Shown: positions 1 through 8,457 of the stretch, in pieces
Position numbering within the stretch: the stretch's first letter is position 1
How the letters are laid out: each line of letters begins with the position of its first letter
Source of the DNA: Caldisericaceae bacterium
Lineage (GTDB): Bacteria; Caldisericota; Caldisericia; Caldisericales; Caldisericaceae
Assembly: GCA_027076005.1 (NCBI GenBank)
Contig: JALTHX010000150.1
Span: forward strand, 1-24,554
Direction: 5' to 3'
DNA length: 24,554 bases
Notes under the pieces: model-generated
Seen by the model: only the letters and a program-made list of their open reading frames with translations
Told to the model about the DNA's origin: nothing
The model's database searches: none
Made by a program: the position numbers and the translations under genes

Positions 1-309
1 AGCGAAGGTAACAGGAATTCTTCTCTTTATGAGTTCCAGCGCAGTTTGGCCCGGTGCAATGGTAGAGAGTCCCCAGCCCTGCCTTGGGTAAACAAAATCT
101 TTAAGCCAAAACCAAAATCTTACGACCAACGGTTGGTCCCAATGCCATGCATGTTCCAAACGTGCGATATCTTCTGGATGCACATGCGGGTTTATAATAA
201 GAACAGCAAATGGATTACCCATTTTAGAAACAAGCCAAAAACTCACAAAGGCAATTGCAAAAAGAACAGGTATAAGTTCAAGTAATCTCCTCATCAAATA
301 ATTCTTCAT
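1..309 (-). CDS. ABC transporter permease, OppB/DppB family (N-terminal 103 codons; runs off the window edge)
   Basis: Not in the ORF track. Manual translation from ATG at 309: MKNYLMRRLLELIPVLFAIAFVSFWLVSKMGNPF...WDQPLVVRFWFWLKDFV...WGLS...LELIKRRIPVTFA, matching the OppB/DppB N-terminal pattern. AGGAGG SD 8 nt upstream; directly downstream of a family-5 SBP. Confidence 0.92.
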   Translation of the reverse strand, partial: MKNYLMRRLLELIPVLFAIAFVSFWLVSKMGNPFAVLIINPHVHPEDIARLEHAWHWDQPLVVRFWFWLKDFVYPRQGWGLSTIAPGQTALELIKRRIPVTFA

Positions 310-332
310 TTGTTTGTCCTCCTAAGTCTATT

Positions 333-362
333 AGAGAGGGGTGGTTTTCGCCCCCCCTCTCT
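333..362 (-). other. GC-rich intergenic stem-loop without U-tract (probable mRNA-stabilising or attenuating hairpin)
   Basis: AGAGAGGGG (333-341) pairs with CCCCTCTCT (354-362). On the minus strand it is followed by AAUAGACUUAGGAGG, not poly-U. Confidence 0.7.
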
Positions 363-386
363 CTTTCCAAGCTTATATTTTAGGTT

Positions 387-2609
387 CTACTTTTCCCAGT
401 ACCAATATTGTGCATTCCAGCTGCTCGGAGTTGTCGCATTGAGGTCATAGTCAAAACCTACAAGCCCTTTACGTACTACGGCTACTGAAACGTGCATATT
501 CAAATAAAGTTCTGGAAGTTGATCATAAACAATTGCTTGAATCTTTTTGGACGCTTCAATTCTCGTTTCTGGATTAACAGAATCGTTGCATATGTTTGTC
601 CATTTATCTAGTTCAGGATTAGAAATATGGGTAAAGTTCTGTCCATTTTCTCCGTTTGCTTCTGTAGGAATTTGTTCGCTGTTATAAAGCGTCCAACTGC
701 AGATTTCCGCAGGGTCAGAACCCCATGCAAATAGAGCACCCTGAAAAGTTCCAGCATACCAGTCATTAATTAAAGCAGACCAACTCTTAGGAACATAGCT
801 TCCGGAAATACCAAGGTTGTCTTTCCAATACTTTAGCATAAATTCAATTTCAGACTCACGTACTGCATATCCTTGAGGTCCCTCGAGGTTAATCACAACT
901 TTTTCACCTGCAGGGTTAAGTAAGTTCCCATCTTTATCCCAGGTGTAACCTGCCTTTTGAAGAATTTCTTTCGCTTTTGTAGGATCATATGGGTATTTGC
1001 CAATATTTGCCTTGTTAAAAGCTGCTGCACTCGGAGGTATTGGACCATAACAAAGTTTCCTCTTACCCATAAAGATCTTGTCAGACATTTCTTTCCTATC
1101 AAGTGCAAACATTAATGCCTTACGAAGGTTAATATCTTTAAGGAATTTATCCGTAAGGTTCAGTGTAACGTGTTCCCAATAAGTAGCGGGTACATAGTAA
1201 ATATTAAATGTCTTTTTTATACCATTTTTCTCTGCAGCATAAGCTCCAGGAACATCAAGGCCAATCCCGGGCATTGTCATATCAAGTTTACCTGCCATTA
1301 GCTGCATAAGCATTGTATTTGTATCAGGAGTAAAATAATAAATAAAGTTGTCTATTAAACCTTTACCTGCCCAGTAATTGGGATTTCTCTTAAGAATAAT
1401 ATAGTTGCCTGGAGACCAGTCTGCAACTTCATAAGGTCCTGTATAAACGGGGTGTTGATTAAAGCTGCAAGAATTAATAGAGGCAGGATTCTTATCGAAA
1501 ATCGGCTTTAATATATGTGCAGGGTAAAGACCCGCACCAGTCGGATCATACTGCGCCCATATCGTAAGCTCTTTCCAATAAACAACAAGTGTGTAATTGT
1601 CAGGTGTTTCAATCTTTGCAATTTTGTCCATCGGGTCTTTGGAAATAGCATTTACTTTAGGGCTTAATGCCATTTTCCAGCTGAAAACGTAGTCTTGTGC
1701 AGTTACTGGCTGTCCATCAGACCATTTAACGCCTTTCTTAAGTTTCCAAACCGTTTTCATAGTTTTATTCTTTTCATCAATAACCCAGGTGCCGTCCGTG
1801 GTACTCGGAACATAATCTGCTTCCACGGGGTAAAGTTTGCCAGAAGGAGTAGTAGCTGCTGCGCCTTCACTCACAGAACCAAGAACCTCATACATCGTCA
1901 TACTTGATTCAATGAGAGCAAAAAGCGTAGGGGGCTCTTCGGTAGATGCAGTTGCTACTTTACCGCCTTCAACCGGAGGTTTAAGCACCATATAAACGGA
2001 ATATGCACACTCTGCTCTTGTTGCAGGATCCCTCGGCCTAATATTTCTCGCTTCATCCCATTTAAGTAATTGGTAGTGAGGCCTCACTGCAAGAGTCATT
2101 GCACCTTTTGCCCAAGAATCTACTTTGTTTTCATCGTTTGAGAATGTAGCAAAGATAAGATTCGGATCGCTCGCCTCTTTTGCCTTGCCAAGAACTCTAA
2201 TTTCAAGAACTGCAAGCTGCTCTCTTGTAATAGGATCCGCAGGGCCGAACTTACCATTGCCGTAACCTTTGATATAACCGGCTTTTACAGCCGCTTCCAC
2301 GTAACCATACGACCAACGGCTTTTGGATACATCAGTAAAAGTAGCCGATGAAGGTTTGTAAAGGTTAAGCCCTTTTGCAGCTACAATCATCTTTGCAAAC
2401 TGCTCACGTGTCACCTTTGCCTCTGGTTTAAATGTACCATCCGGGAACCCCTTAATAACGCCCTTAGTTACAAGGTAATCAATCTGCTTCTTTGCCCAGT
2501 AATTTGCCGGAACATCGGGGAAACCCGCCGCACTTGCTGGCGCTGGCCTTACTGCAAAAAATACGAGCACCATTGAAAGTGCCAACACTACTGCTAATAA
2601 TTTCTTCAT
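387..2609 (-). CDS. Secreted fusion of three SLH domains and a family-5 (peptide/nickel-type) ABC substrate-binding domain, 740 aa
   Basis: Start moved to ATG 2609 (AAAGGAGG SD; signal peptide MKKLLAVVLALSMVLVFFAVRPAPASA, no Cys). Three SLH repeats (FPDVPANYWA..TREQF; FTDVSKSRWS..TREQL; ..SWAKGA..TRAEC), then SBP_bac_5-like motifs (WKLKKGVKWSDGQPVTAQDY, PVYTGPYEVADWSPG, LRKALMFALDRKEM, YPYDPTKAKEILQKAG). Confidence 0.9.
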   Translation of the reverse strand: MKKLLAVVLALSMVLVFFAVRPAPASAAGFPDVPANYWAKKQIDYLVTKGVIKGFPDGTFKPEAKVTREQFAKMIVAAKGLNLYKPSSATFTDVSKSRWSYGYVEAAVKAGYIKGYGNGKFGPADPITREQLAVLEIRVLGKAKEASDPNLIFATFSNDENKVDSWAKGAMTLAVRPHYQLLKWDEARNIRPRDPATRAECAYSVYMVLKPPVEGGKVATASTEEPPTLFALIESSMTMYEVLGSVSEGAAATTPSGKLYPVEADYVPSTTDGTWVIDEKNKTMKTVWKLKKGVKWSDGQPVTAQDYVFSWKMALSPKVNAISKDPMDKIAKIETPDNYTLVVYWKELTIWAQYDPTGAGLYPAHILKPIFDKNPASINSCSFNQHPVYTGPYEVADWSPGNYIILKRNPNYWAGKGLIDNFIYYFTPDTNTMLMQLMAGKLDMTMPGIGLDVPGAYAAEKNGIKKTFNIYYVPATYWEHVTLNLTDKFLKDINLRKALMFALDRKEMSDKIFMGKRKLCYGPIPPSAAAFNKANIGKYPYDPTKAKEILQKAGYTWDKDGNLLNPAGEKVVINLEGPQGYAVRESEIEFMLKYWKDNLGISGSYVPKSWSALINDWYAGTFQGALFAWGSDPAEICSWTLYNSEQIPTEANGENGQNFTHISNPELDKWTNICNDSVNPETRIEASKKIQAIVYDQLPELYLNMHVSVAVVRKGLVGFDYDLNATTPSSWNAQYWYWEK

Positions 2610-2700
2610 ACGTAATCCTCCTTTCGGTTTTTGAATTTTTTCTTTTAATACTTTGCTTTTCGCTGATTTTTTCAGCTCATCACCTCCCTTAATAATTTCA

Positions 2701-3177
2701 TCAAAATATAGCAAATTGACCAAATGGCCAATACAGTATAGCATTATTCCTCTTGTTATGCAAAAGCATTTCTTCCTTTTTGTTGTAAAGCTTATAATAA
2801 TTAATTTTTATATCCTCTTGTTTATTTCTTGGAGTTTCATTAACATCCAACAGTGTATATACACTTTCAATTGTTTTAAAAAGCATTGAAAAAAGAGAAG
2901 CAAGAGATACACTGCCAAGAGCAAAATTCACATTGACACTTTTTAGCCGGTTTCTCTCGATAAGGTGACTACTATTTATAGCTAATCCTCTTTTTAAATC
3001 ATTTGCTAAATCTTCCTTAAAAGTTTCTTTTGCAGGTACTTCCCCTTTTTTGAGTAAAAGAGAAAGTTCTGCTAATCGCAAGAGTTCCCCGTCATCCTTA
3101 ATGTTGGGATAATCGGGTTCTTTTTCAGCAAGAAGCTTGCTTAAAAATTGCTCTAACTTTTCTTCCTTACTGAGCAT
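2701..3177 (-). CDS. Putative single-pass anti-sigma factor, 158 aa
   Basis: Overlaps the ECF sigma stop by 11 nt; GAGGAG SD; charged helical N-terminus (PAKETFKEDLANDL), then one moderately hydrophobic stretch (VNVNFALGSVSLASLFSMLF). Function inferred from position and topology. Confidence 0.6.
   Translation of the reverse strand: MLSKEEKLEQFLSKLLAEKEPDYPNIKDDGELLRLAELSLLLKKGEVPAKETFKEDLANDLKRGLAINSSHLIERNRLKSVNVNFALGSVSLASLFSMLFKTIESVYTLLDVNETPRNKQEDIKINYYKLYNKKEEMLLHNKRNNAILYWPFGQFAIF
2705..2713 (-). promoter_or_regulatory. Extended -10 element (TG-C-TATATT), putative second promoter of the SLH-SBP operon
   Basis: Minus strand TGCTATATT about 15 nt upstream of the AAGGGAGGTG SD; no good -35 at 17 nt. 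Confidence 0.45.
2735..2763 (-). promoter_or_regulatory. Sigma70-type promoter for the SLH-SBP operon
   Basis: Minus strand TTGCAT-N17-TATACT with TG at the extended position; lies inside the 3' end of the anti-sigma-like ORF. Confidence 0.65.
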
Positions 3178-3733
3178 TTATTTTCTCCTCCACTAACTTC
3201 CTAAGTTTTCTTAATGCCCTGAACTGCAAAACTTTTACGGCACCAACAGTTTTATCAAGAGAAGTCGCTATTTCTCTAAGACTCATCCTTTTAAAAAACC
3301 TCATTTTCAAAATATCTCTGTATTGATCAGGCAATTCTGTTAAACATTTAGCAATTGTTTCATCAATTTCTCTTCGCTCGATTGTAATATAAGGGTCTTC
3401 GATCAGAGGATCCAAAACCTTGTTCCATGTTTCCTCAAAAGGGAGAACATCTATTCCCGCATTCTTTCTAAAAAAATCTCTTATTATATTTCTCTCAACC
3501 GCATACATCCAGATATCAAGCCCACCATCTCTTTTACTCTCAAATTTGCTTAATCCTCTCAACGCTTTAAAAAAAGTTTCCGACGTAACATCTTCCGCCT
3601 GTTCCCTGTTTCTCACTTTCCTATAGGCATATCTGTATACCCTTGGAAAAAAAATCCTGTAAAACTGCTCAAAAGCACCTTCATCACCTTTTACTATTTT
3701 ATCAACAAGTTTTTTTTCTTCTTCTATTTTCAA
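3167..3733 (-). CDS. ECF-type RNA polymerase sigma factor, 188 aa
   Basis: TTG start with AGGTGAGG SD; region 2 GDEGAFEQFY..RVYRYAY..AEDVTSETFFKA; region 4 LPDQYRDILKMRF..SLREIA..TVGAVKVLQFRALRKLR. Confidence 0.93.
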   Translation of the reverse strand: MKIEEEKKLVDKIVKGDEGAFEQFYRIFFPRVYRYAYRKVRNREQAEDVTSETFFKALRGLSKFESKRDGGLDIWMYAVERNIIRDFFRKNAGIDVLPFEETWNKVLDPLIEDPYITIERREIDETIAKCLTELPDQYRDILKMRFFKRMSLREIATSLDKTVGAVKVLQFRALRKLRKLVEEKINAQ

Positions 3734-3747
3734 GTCCTCACCTATAT

Positions 3748-3774
3748 AAACGTAAATTTACAGAAAAGGTTACA
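3748..3774 (-). promoter_or_regulatory. ECF-type (autoregulatory) promoter TGTAAC-N16-CGTTT
   Basis: Minus strand TGTAAC (3774-3769), 16 nt spacer, CGT (3752-3750); fits the AAC/CGT ECF consensus and sits just upstream of the sigma SD. Confidence 0.65.
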
Positions 3775-3775
3775 C

Positions 3776-4639
3776 CTATTCATTAAATACTTCTCCGTCT
3801 TTTACAAGATGCGGCGTTAAAATAACTATTAAGGAATCTAAATTCCCATCATCAGGTACTGCAACTACTTCATTTTCATTCAAGTTATAAGTTTTCACCG
3901 TTACAAATTTTATCACATTATGCCGAACAATAAAAACACCTTGTTCCTTACCGTTACTTACTAAAACGCCCTTATTCAGTACTACGCCTCTTTTAAAACC
4001 CTCAAAAACAGAAAACTCATTTTTGTTGATAAAATATTTTACAAGCTCGCTAATTTTAAAAAAAGCATACTCATTTGAAGAAAGAACCTTTTTAGCTGAA
4101 ACAGGATTCCCATTTACGTAAACATTAATTGCTGAGGACTTTAATGCTTCGGAATTCTTCATTCGCACAAAAGTAAAATCATTATTTAATATGCTGCACA
4201 GGGTGCTATTTTCTCCAATTCTATTTGGAGTATTGGAAAATTCTATATCTTTCTTGAAAGATATAATTTTATCAAGTGAGCTGAAATATTTATTAAACGT
4301 ACCCCATAAAAGAAGGCCGCTGTCGGGGGCAAATACATCATATGTATGGCCGTTAGATTTTATCCTGCAAATAAGTTCATCCTTGTTTACAAAAGTATAA
4401 TTCTCTACAAGTTTTTCTACCACTCCAGCGGAAGGGGATTCCACGGGGTAGGATATAAAAAAAGCTTCACCCGCAATTGATTGGCATACCGGATAGTTTA
4501 TTTCTTTTTCGTTTGTAACCTTAATGGCACTTACCCGAAGAAAGCCATGAAACTGCTGATAGGAAGATATTACCAAAAAAATACTACTAATAATAATTAC
4601 CAAATTAAATAACAAACGGGCAACGGGAAAGCGTTTCAT
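3776..4639 (-). CDS. HlyD/membrane-fusion-protein-like adaptor (N-terminal TM, lipoyl-like barrel-sandwich), 287 aa
   Basis: N-terminal anchor LLFNLVIIISSIFLVISSY; VESPSAGVVEKLVENYTFVNKDELICRI and VFAPDSGLL half-motifs; C-terminal GVVLNKGVL..GVFIV..IKFVTVK resembles MFP membrane-proximal domains. Confidence 0.55.
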   Translation of the reverse strand: MKRFPVARLLFNLVIIISSIFLVISSYQQFHGFLRVSAIKVTNEKEINYPVCQSIAGEAFFISYPVESPSAGVVEKLVENYTFVNKDELICRIKSNGHTYDVFAPDSGLLLWGTFNKYFSSLDKIISFKKDIEFSNTPNRIGENSTLCSILNNDFTFVRMKNSEALKSSAINVYVNGNPVSAKKVLSSNEYAFFKISELVKYFINKNEFSVFEGFKRGVVLNKGVLVSNGKEQGVFIVRHNVIKFVTVKTYNLNENEVVAVPDDGNLDSLIVILTPHLVKDGEVFNE

Positions 4640-4652
4640 AAGTGCCTATGTT

Positions 4653-5711
4653 TTATTTATTTTTCCTTCTCAAAAACGCAGGTATTTCAATATCCCCCGA
4701 ATCTATGTCCTCTAATTGTGGTAATTTTTTATGCTTGATTTTTAAATGAGAATTACTGATTTCTTTTTTATCAAAGCCTGCAGCTATAACAGAAATTCGG
4801 ATTTCATCATCAAGAGACTCGTCTATTGCTGTACCAAATATAGTATTGGATTCTTCAGATGCAGATTCTTTTATAAAATTTACCGATTCATTGATCTCAT
4901 ACAAAGTTAAACCGTTTCCTCCGGTAACATTAAGTAAAAGCCTTGTCGCCCCATCCACAGAAAATTCAAGCAACGGACTGCTTAATGCTTTTTTGGCAGC
5001 TTCCATTGCCCTGTTTTCTCCATGGCCAATGCCTAAACCAAGCCATGCAGTTCCGGCATCCTTCAGAGTAGCCCTCACATCTGCAAAATCAACATTTATT
5101 ACCCCAGGAACAGTAATAAGATCCGAAATACTCTTTACTGCAAAAAACAAAACGTTATCCGCAAGCTTAAAAGCCTCATTTAAGGGTGTTTTTTTGTTTA
5201 CAAGAGTAAGCAGTCTGTCGTTAGAAATCGTTATGATAGTATCAACATTTGGAGAAAGCTCCTTTGTTCCGTCTTCTGCGACTTTCATTCTGTGTTTTCC
5301 TTCAAATCCAAACGGTTTTGTAACCACGGCAACGGTAAGTATTCCGAGCTCTTTTGCAATTGAAGCAATTATAGGAGAAGCACCTGTTCCTGTGCCACCG
5401 CCCATACCTGCGGTAATGAACAAAAGATCTGCTCCTTCTATTACTTTTCTTAACTCATCTTTACTTTCTTCTGCTGACTTCTTGCCGATTTCAGGATAAG
5501 ACCCTGCACCAAGGCCACCAGTTGTCCTCGCCCCTATTTGTACCTTTTTCTCAGCTTTGCTTAAGGCAAGAACCTGAACATCTGTATTGATTGCAATAAA
5601 TTCAACGCCTTGAACACCTTCTTCTATCATTCTATTGACAGCGTTGCTTCCTCCTCCTCCGACGCCAACGACTCTAATTACTGCTTGTGAGCTTTTCCAG
5701 GGATCTAACAT
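4653..5711 (-). CDS. ftsZ: Cell division GTPase FtsZ
   Basis: [25 protein letters not shown] signature, INVDFADV T7 loop, C-terminal DIEIPAFLR; GGAGG SD. Confidence 0.99.
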   Translation of the reverse strand: MLDPWKSSQAVIRVVGVGGGGSNAVNRMIEEGVQGVEFIAINTDVQVLALSKAEKKVQIGARTTGGLGAGSYPEIGKKSAEESKDELRKVIEGADLLFITAGMGGGTGTGASPIIASIAKELGILTVAVVTKPFGFEGKHRMKVAEDGTKELSPNVDTIITISNDRLLTLVNKKTPLNEAFKLADNVLFFAVKSISDLITVPGVINVDFADVRATLKDAGTAWLGLGIGHGENRAMEAAKKALSSPLLEFSVDGATRLLLNVTGGNGLTLYEINESVNFIKESASEESNTIFGTAIDESLDDEIRISVIAAGFDKKEISNSHLKIKHKKLPQLEDIDSGDIEIPAFLRRKNK

Positions 5712-5723
5712 ATTAAAAACCTC

Positions 5724-6929
5724 CTATTCGAATATATCTTTCAGCCACGACAAATCTTTCCAGATTGAAAAAGGTTTTCTTTTTACTTTTCCCGACTCCG
5801 CCATATATTTTACAAGCCCTACGGACGCCGAATACTGCGGTAAACCAAGCATATCAGCAGACATCTCACCATCACCAGGCTTCCCAATTCTAACCGGGGT
5901 TTCAAAAATCTCGCTTGCTCTTTTCGCTATACCTTTTAAATTGGCAGTGCCTCCAGTAATAACTATACCTGCAGGCATATTACCCCACTGGCCTAATTTA
6001 GTCAATTCAAAACGGATATTTTCAAATATTTCATCTATCCGTGCAGTAACAATATCACTAATCTTTTCTTTAGAAACCTTAATCTTTTCCGTGCCACCGA
6101 CATTAGATATTTCAACCTCGCCTTCGACATTTTCCCCCTCAGAAGCCACGGCACCGTATTCTCTCTTAATTCGTTCTGCTTCTTCCAAAGAAACTCTGAG
6201 GCCGTAAGCGATATCTTTAGTAATGTATTCACCAGCCATAGGGAAAACTTCCGTGAATGAAATATTGCCTTCGGAAAAAACAATAAGGTCTGTAGTACCT
6301 GCGCCTATATCCAACAATGCGACACCTAATTCTTTTTCTTCTTCCCGAAGCGCGGCAAATGAGGAAGCTACAGAGTGTAAAACAAATTCATTCACATAGA
6401 GTTCAGCATTTTTTACACACTTCCTGATATTTCGCAAAACAGTGCTGGAACCTGTAATGATATGGACTTCTTCTTCAAGTTTTATCCCGGACATTCCAAC
6501 AGGGTTTCTTATCCCTCCCTGACCGTCTATAATAAATTGCCTTGCCAGCGTATGAATAATTTCTTGATTCGGCTGGAGCATAATTACCTTTGCAGATTCT
6601 TCGGCGCGGCGCACATCATCACGCGTAATTTCCCTTCCTTCCCGAGATATAATAACAGTACCTTTATTGTTTACCGAATGAATATGCGTACCGCTCACAG
6701 TAGCATCTATAGAGGAGATTTTTTTGTTGCTCATATTCTCAGCCTTTTGTTTAGCGTCCTTTATGGCCTCAGTTGTTTTATCAAGGTCGACCACTACACC
6801 TTTAATTATGCCTTTACTAACTGATTCTCCGAATCCGATGATAAGCGGTTCGTTTTCTGTAATTTCCGCAACAACAAACTTTATACCGCCACTACCTAAA
6901 TCCAGAGCGGAAATTACCCTTTCATTCAC
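5724..6929 (-). CDS. ftsA: Cell division protein FtsA
   Basis: ALDLGSGGIKFVV, LLDIGAGTTDL, GIVITGGTANL, C-terminal amphipathic helix WKDLSWLKDIFE. Start set to GTG 6929 (GGAGGA SD, GTGA overlap with upstream stop); the track gives 6941. Confidence 0.96.
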   Translation of the reverse strand: MNERVISALDLGSGGIKFVVAEITENEPLIIGFGESVSKGIIKGVVVDLDKTTEAIKDAKQKAENMSNKKISSIDATVSGTHIHSVNNKGTVIISREGREITRDDVRRAEESAKVIMLQPNQEIIHTLARQFIIDGQGGIRNPVGMSGIKLEEEVHIITGSSTVLRNIRKCVKNAELYVNEFVLHSVASSFAALREEEKELGVALLDIGAGTTDLIVFSEGNISFTEVFPMAGEYITKDIAYGLRVSLEEAERIKREYGAVASEGENVEGEVEISNVGGTEKIKVSKEKISDIVTARIDEIFENIRFELTKLGQWGNMPAGIVITGGTANLKGIAKRASEIFETPVRIGKPGDGEMSADMLGLPQYSASVGLVKYMAESGKVKRKPFSIWKDLSWLKDIFE

Positions 6930-7528
6930 TGTTTCCTCCATTCAATAATTGCTTGAGCATAGTATTGCATATTTATCTTTTTCATCTCCTCCATTTTTTT
7001 CGCATACAACTCCAATATTTTTTTATATTCCAAAAACTTCTCCCCATAATTTCCATTTCCCATTATAACAGCAATTTTATTTTTGTCATAAAAACCTGCT
7101 AAACCATTGAAAACCGCAAATTCTCTTATTTCATTTAGGATACTTGCCATTTTAGCTGCACTAAACATTGAAACAAAATTTTCATCCCACTGACTACTTT
7201 GCATATTTGCTATTAACTTAAACTCACTATTTCCCTCAATTGTTTTTATTATATGACCTTTTTCTGTAATTGCAAACTTTCCATCAGCAAATTGAACAGT
7301 GCCAACTACAGGTTCCTGATAAAAAACATCAATATATATGAATTTTCTATGGATTGTTACGGGTAATTTACTAACATAAACGTAATAAAAATCGCCAGAC
7401 TTTTTAAAGATATCATTTACACTAACAGGAACATTACTGTGCACTCTTATGAATCTTCGGGGAAGAAATGGAGTGGAAAAAACAAGAATTAAGAAAGCTA
7501 CGATAACAAATAGAATTACCTTTTTCAT
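6926..7528 (-). CDS. ftsQ: Short, divergent FtsQ/DivIB-like protein, 200 aa
   Basis: Occupies the ddl-[ftsQ]-ftsA slot; N-terminal TM; VSKLPVTI..IDVFYQEPVVGTV..FAITEKGHII resembles the FtsQ POTRA/beta junction; KKINMQYY resembles the IDLRY tail. Confidence 0.62.
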   Translation of the reverse strand: MKKVILFVIVAFLILVFSTPFLPRRFIRVHSNVPVSVNDIFKKSGDFYYVYVSKLPVTIHRKFIYIDVFYQEPVVGTVQFADGKFAITEKGHIIKTIEGNSEFKLIANMQSSQWDENFVSMFSAAKMASILNEIREFAVFNGLAGFYDKNKIAVIMGNGNYGEKFLEYKKILELYAKKMEEMKKINMQYYAQAIIEWRKQ

Positions 7529-8457
7529 CCACTTCTTTTAAGAGATTCATCCACAATAAAACGGACAAGAGCAGGAAAACTAATATTTGCGGCCTTCGCA
7601 GCATCAGGAAGTAAGCTTGTTTCAGTAAAACCGGGAATTGTATTTGCTTCGAGAGCAAACACCTTGCCGGTTCTATCCACTATAAAATCTATTCTCGCAA
7701 AATCTCTTAATCCAAATTCCTCATAAATTTTACGAGTCATTTGTTCCGCTTTCTTATAACTTTCCTTAGGTATACGGGCCGGAATAATATGATGAGACTT
7801 GCCCTGCGTGTATTTAGCCTCAAAATCATAAAACTCATTCTCAGGCACTATCTCTATAATAGGTAATACCTTTATACTATTTCCGTTTCCTATTATGGAA
7901 ACTGTGATTTCTTTGCCTTCTATAAATCTTTCTATAATTACCTTTTTTGATAAGGAAAAAGCTAACTTAAGGCCCTTATCAAATTCCTGCTTATTTGAAG
8001 CAATTGTAACACCAATGGCAGAGCCTTGATCAATCGGCTTTATTACTACTTTATTTGTATTCAGCCTTGCTAAAACAGATTCGAACTGTAATGAGTTTTT
8101 ATTTTTTAAATATACGTAATCTGGGGTATTTATACCAATTGCATTAAGTACTCTTTTAGTAAAAAGCTTATCCATACATAATGCACTTGCTAAAACACCG
8201 GAACCCGTATATGGTATACCGAGTAATTCCAATGCTCCTTGCACTGTTCCGTCCTCTCCAAGATTTCCATGCAAAGCAATAAATACCGCATCGGGATGAA
8301 ACTCGTTTACTATACTTTCCAACTTACCCTTAAAATCAAACTCCTTTACGATAAAGCCTGCTTCATACAAGCCATTTGCGATAGCTCTTCCGCTTTTTTC
8401 GGAAACGGACCTCTCGGAAGATAATCCCCCGTATAGTACCAGAACTCTTTTTTTCAT
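7525..8457 (-). CDS. ddl: D-alanine--D-alanine ligase
   Basis: VLYGGLSSERSVS, LHGNLGEDGTVQG, CMDKLFTK, omega loop FYDFEAKY, RIDF, LEANTIPGFT. Confidence 0.97.
   Translation of the reverse strand: MKKRVLVLYGGLSSERSVSEKSGRAIANGLYEAGFIVKEFDFKGKLESIVNEFHPDAVFIALHGNLGEDGTVQGALELLGIPYTGSGVLASALCMDKLFTKRVLNAIGINTPDYVYLKNKNSLQFESVLARLNTNKVVIKPIDQGSAIGVTIASNKQEFDKGLKLAFSLSKKVIIERFIEGKEITVSIIGNGNSIKVLPIIEIVPENEFYDFEAKYTQGKSHHIIPARIPKESYKKAEQMTRKIYEEFGLRDFARIDFIVDRTGKVFALEANTIPGFTETSLLPDAAKAANISFPALVRFIVDESLKRSG

Noticed and set aside
46-285. 79-aa plus-strand ORF
   Set aside because: Antisense shadow of the OppB/DppB permease found by manual translation.
2691-2744. N-terminal extension of the 785-aa ORF given in the track
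   Set aside because: Lies upstream of both SDs and overlaps the promoter elements; the signal peptide starts at 2609.
4846-6207. Long plus-strand ORFs 4846-5499 (217 aa) and 5635-6207 (190 aa)
   Set aside because: Antisense to ftsZ and ftsA, Ser/Pro/Phe-rich, no SD or family motif; typical shadow frames.
7801-7840. Possible D-Ala-D-Lac (Van-type) ligase
   Set aside because: Omega loop FYDFEAKY keeps the Tyr typical of D-Ala-D-Ala ligases; no van genes nearby.
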